64,000 bases of DNA from assembly GCA_965153455.1 (NCBI GenBank), contig OZ234493.1:25658213-25722212 (forward strand), written 5' to 3'. This DNA is from Sphagnum compactum (taxonomy: Eukaryota). The notes under the pieces were generated by a model. The model saw only the letters and a program-made list of their open reading frames with translations, was not told the DNA's origin and searched no databases. The translations under genes and the position numbers were made by a program. Shown piece by piece: positions 60,301 to 64,000 of this stretch (the stretch's first letter is position 1; each line of letters opens with the position of its first letter).

Positions 60301-61646
60301 ATGAAAATTGGGACAATGAACACAATGTAGACATTTGGTAGGATGTCAACTATTTCACTATCTTGAATGGGGAAAATTGACCAATGAATGTGTAATATAA
60401 GAATCAAATAGAATTAAAAAGTGCATTCTGAATTACTATTGGCACGAGGATGCATTGATTTTCAAGGGACTTACAATTCCAAAACTAAGTGGACAATAAC
60501 AAATTATAGAGGACATGCATGCCAAGCTTGGACATTTTAGCGAGTAGCGCACTTTGGCCAATATTTGCAAAAGATATTATTGGCACCATTGAATCGAGGA
60601 AATTAGCACCGTGATAAAGGCATGTCACCAATGTCAGATGGTGAAGAGGATAGGGAATATTAAATATGATATTGAGGAATTCAAAAGCATACCCATTCAT
60701 GACCTATTTTATGGCATTGCATTAGATATGGTTGGTTTGCTTCTTGAGATTAATACTAGCAAAAAATACATCTTAATTGCCATTGATCATTTCTAGAAGT
60801 GGTGTGAAGCCAAAGCAATACTTGATCACACTGCCGCCACTGTTGCCAAATTCTTGGACGATGAAATCATTTGTTGATTTGGTGTTCCAAAAATTAATTC
60901 ACAATGGCGAAGAATGGGCTGGGGAGTTTGAGGATTTGTGTAAGGTGTATGGGATACAACACCGATTTACAACACTTCAACGGCCACGCTATAATGGCAT
61001 GGCAAAACAAATGATTAAGACCATCAAAGATGGCATCATTGTGTTGTTTGGACTTCCAAAATATGCAGAGGGTTGGGACTTATAATTACAATGGGTGTTG
61101 TTCGGATACAGGTGTGGATGCAAACCAATATTAAATTATCACCTTTTATGATTCTTATTGGATGAACACTTATGTTTAAGGTGGACAATCACTTGAGCAT
61201 GTTAACATAGGAGCCTTGATACAAAAGTTGGAGTGGGGAAGATAGTTGAGCAAGTAATTGCTAAGATAGAATTGATTGTTAGAATGCACAAAACTATCTT
61301 TGGGAATGTTGAGAAGGTGTAACAAAAGCAAAGGAAGACCTATGCACTATGAAAATGGAGACAAATGTTTCCAAGTTTTGTGACTAGAAAGGATATGGTG
61401 AAGATGAAAAAACTAGGCCAAAAAAAGGTTTTTGAAGCAAGCTAGGAAGGGCCATATTTGTTTGTTGGTTATGTCAATGGGATGGAAGAGGTTGATGTGA
61501 TAAAGGAGGACACATCTACATCATTAAAGGACTTGATGAAGCCTAGTGGCAATGACCACAAAGAGATCTACAACTTTTTCATTTTGGAGCATGATCTAAT
61601 GGGAGCTACAAAGGTGTAGCTACATCAATATAGGAGTGGTTACATA

Positions 61647-61935
61647 TGTCACCTAAAAGCATGTCCTATAAATGACAAGACACTTTTAAGGTTTTTCTTT
61701 CTGTGACTTTTTGCATGAAGATGTGCTCGTTACCTTTTTAGTTGTTTATTTTTGAGAATTGGTGGCAATGGCAATTGGTAAGAGAATCATTGTTATTCTG
61801 TTGGATCTTTTGTATTAGGTTTTTCATTGAAGTTTGATGTGTTAGCTGATAAGATTTGTGTGGAGATTTCTATGGAAGACATGCAATGGAGGTTTTGTTA
61901 TAAGGATTATCGACAAAGATATAAATGTTGAACAT
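61647..61935 (+). repeat. 3' LTR (probably truncated)
   Basis: Direct repeat of 53925-54178, preceded by a short purine-rich tract aggagtgg. Similarity stops near 61935. Confidence 0.75.
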
Positions 61936-62659
61936 TATGAAAAATTGTGTTTGTGGCAATTAGATTACCCTACAACTAGAGCTCCAAAATATACAACTAC
62001 ATTACAACTATCCAATGGAAATACGACAAATTAATAAATAAAATGCCACATTAGAAAATCAAGGGGTTGTGTTATAGTTGTAAATTAGTTGCAAGATGCA
62101 TATTTATACAGTACAATGTATGCACTGTATACATGGTTGTAGTCAACAATGTTTGATTTTGTTGACAAGTTGCACTTTAGTTGCATGTAATAACTACATC
62201 ACGACTAAGATAAATTTAGTTACTAATCAATAACTACTTTGCAACAAATGTATGACCTTCAGTAACACATACAATCATGTCACGTGTATACATTTTCATT
62301 GCCCAATATATATGACATATCAACTTGTTTGCAACTAGTATGCAACTATATTTCAACTTAAATTTTGAAATTTAAAGATTTGAAATTTGGGTGGGAAACC
62401 TTTAAGCAAGTGACGCATGGCAGTATATCAATAGATTTGCCCCAATGCATCAACAACCTTTATGCACTTATGCTTATTGTCAAGAAATTCAAGATGAATT
62501 TTTTTAAAAAATCTTTTTATTCAAACATTTTTTGTATTTCCTAGTTTTTTTGTGATGCAATTTTCATATCATGTTATAACTAAGAATATTTTTGTTTGTT
62601 AGTTTAAAACTAAATTTAAAAGGTTGTTAAAAGTTATATTATTTATTTAAATAACTTGG

Positions 62660-63355
62660 ATATTGAAGGTTTTTGTTTTTTATTTTGGAGCTTAAAGGTT
62701 CTTGTTTTTATTCTTTGAGAGGTTGACGCTTTTGTTTTTATTTTGGAAGTTTAAAGTTCTTGTTTTTACTCTTTGAAAGGTTGAAGCTTTTGTTTTCTCT
62801 TTTGAAGGTTGAAGGTTCTTGTTTTTACTCTTAAAGAGGTTGAAGGCTTTTGTTTCTGTTCTTGGAGGTTGAAGGTTATTGTTTTTGTTCTGAAAAAGGT
62901 TAAAGGCTTTTATTTTTACTTTTGGAGGTTGAAAATTTTTGTTTTTTCTTTTAAAAAGGTTGAAGGCTTTTGTTTATGCTTTTGGAGGTTGAAGGTTCTT
63001 CTTCTTGCTCTTAAAGAGGTTGAAGGCTTTTGTTTTTGTCCTTGGAAGTTGAAGGTTCTTGTTTTTGCTCTTAAAGATGTTGAAGGCTTTTGTTTTTGTT
63101 CTTGGAGGTTGAAGGTTCTTGTCTTTCTCTTAGAGAGGTTGAAGGTTTTTGCTCTTGCTCTTGAATGTGAAAGGTTTTTGTTGTTTCTTTTGAATGTTGA
63201 AGGTTCTACTCATACTTTTGGATGTTGAAGGTTCTTACTTTTATTTTTGAATGTTAAAGGTTATTGCTCTTATTCTTAGATGTTCAAAATTCTTACTTTT
63301 GGTTTTAGATGTTGAAAGTTCTTACTTTCATTTTTGGATATTGAAGGTTCTTATT
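62660..63355. repeat. Minisatellite of about 30 bp (tgaaggttcttgtttttgctcttggaggt-like), more than 20 copies
   Basis: Directly visible periodicity; it also generates the repetitive spurious ORF 62809-63228. Confidence 0.88.
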
Positions 63356-64000
63356 TTTGTTGTTTTTATGTTATAAGGTTGAACTTTCATTATGTTTCAA
63401 TCCATCAACATCAAAATTATGTATACAAGGTAAGATTTTTTCAAAAGTACCTAAAATTGTAATTCAATTTACTTGTTTGTAAGCACAATATTTGATTATA
63501 TTTGCAAGTGTACAAATTATAGTTTAGTTTATATCAATGTTTTATACATTGCATTTTAGTGACAAATAAGTCACATATTAATAGCAATATAGTTGTAAAC
63601 TAATTTTATTCAAGTTGAAGGGATCATTTACATATTTTTGATTTTACAATGTTATGATATGCCACTGATTTCATTTCACATGTGGAACTAAATATTAGAA
63701 CATGGCAAAATTCAAACAGATAAGGTGCATTGAAGAAATTGCATGGCTCAAGTCCCATTTCAACAAAAATAAAAGAAAACATTCATTTATAAAATATAGG
63801 GTTTTAAATGACAATAGTTAATTGTTGTGGGTCATCATTTTTATGATATGACCTTTTGTTTAGATAGGGAAAAATGTTTGTTATATATAGTTTCGGCATT
63901 AGATTTAGATTCATAGTTAAATTGTCTTTTGATAGAAACATTATAAAAAAATTGTAATGTATTCTTCAATATGGAATGTAAATGCATTTAAAGTTTCAAA

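Larger units (their letters stand above)
53925..61935 (+). mobile_element. Degenerate Ty3/gypsy LTR retrotransposon (gag-PR-RT-RH-INT order; many stops and frameshifts)
   Basis: Direct repeats starting TGTGACC/TGTCACC at 53925 and 61647. Gag zinc knuckles including CNFCGRMGHVENKC (about 56385). Protease GLVDIGAS (about 57667). RT DAFPMP..FFALDLHSGFW, MPFGLKNA and VFVGDL. Integrase HAKLGHF..CHQCQ, ALDMVG and AIDHF. Confidence 0.9.

Noticed and set aside
62809..63228. 139-aa hydrophobic repetitive ORF
   Set aside because: Translation of the 30-bp minisatellite, starting at a non-ATG codon.
1..64000. A functionally coherent novel gene cluster or horizontally acquired system
   Set aside because: The genes are unrelated housekeeping and regulatory families with normal plant introns. 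I saw no prokaryote-like, viral or biosynthetic-cluster signature, and no tRNA or rRNA genes.

Overview
Eukaryotic, intron-rich land-plant genomic DNA. It looks bryophyte-like, possibly Sphagnum-type, but that is inferred only from gene content and AT-rich, CpG-poor decayed repeats. Ten protein-coding genes are supported: NOC3 (-, runs off the left edge), COX17 (+, head-to-head with NOC3), a DBP8/DDX49/RH36-type DEAD-box helicase (+), an unknown low-complexity protein (-), a two-B3-domain REM-type factor (-), a trihelix transcription factor (+), VPS55 (-), OEP16 (+), a TBC/Rab-GAP (+) and an unknown organelle-targeted hydrophilic protein (-). Intergenic space holds a decayed pogo/Tc5-like DDE transposon, nested MITEs, two dispersed repeat families, several minisatellites and a heavily degenerate Ty3/gypsy LTR retrotransposon (about 53.9-61.9 kb). 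I found no convincing novel multi-gene system. The most unusual signals are a CpG-rich six-copy array with an invariant GCCAC-AAAA-GTGG(C) stem-loop core just upstream of VPS55, a 46-bp near-perfect hairpin related to a TA-flanked MITE family, a 180-bp duplicated non-coding block at VPS55, an in-frame stop-free intron, a GC-AG intron, and clustered telo-box and ABA-type promoter motifs. All exon boundaries were read by eye and are not transcript-verified.
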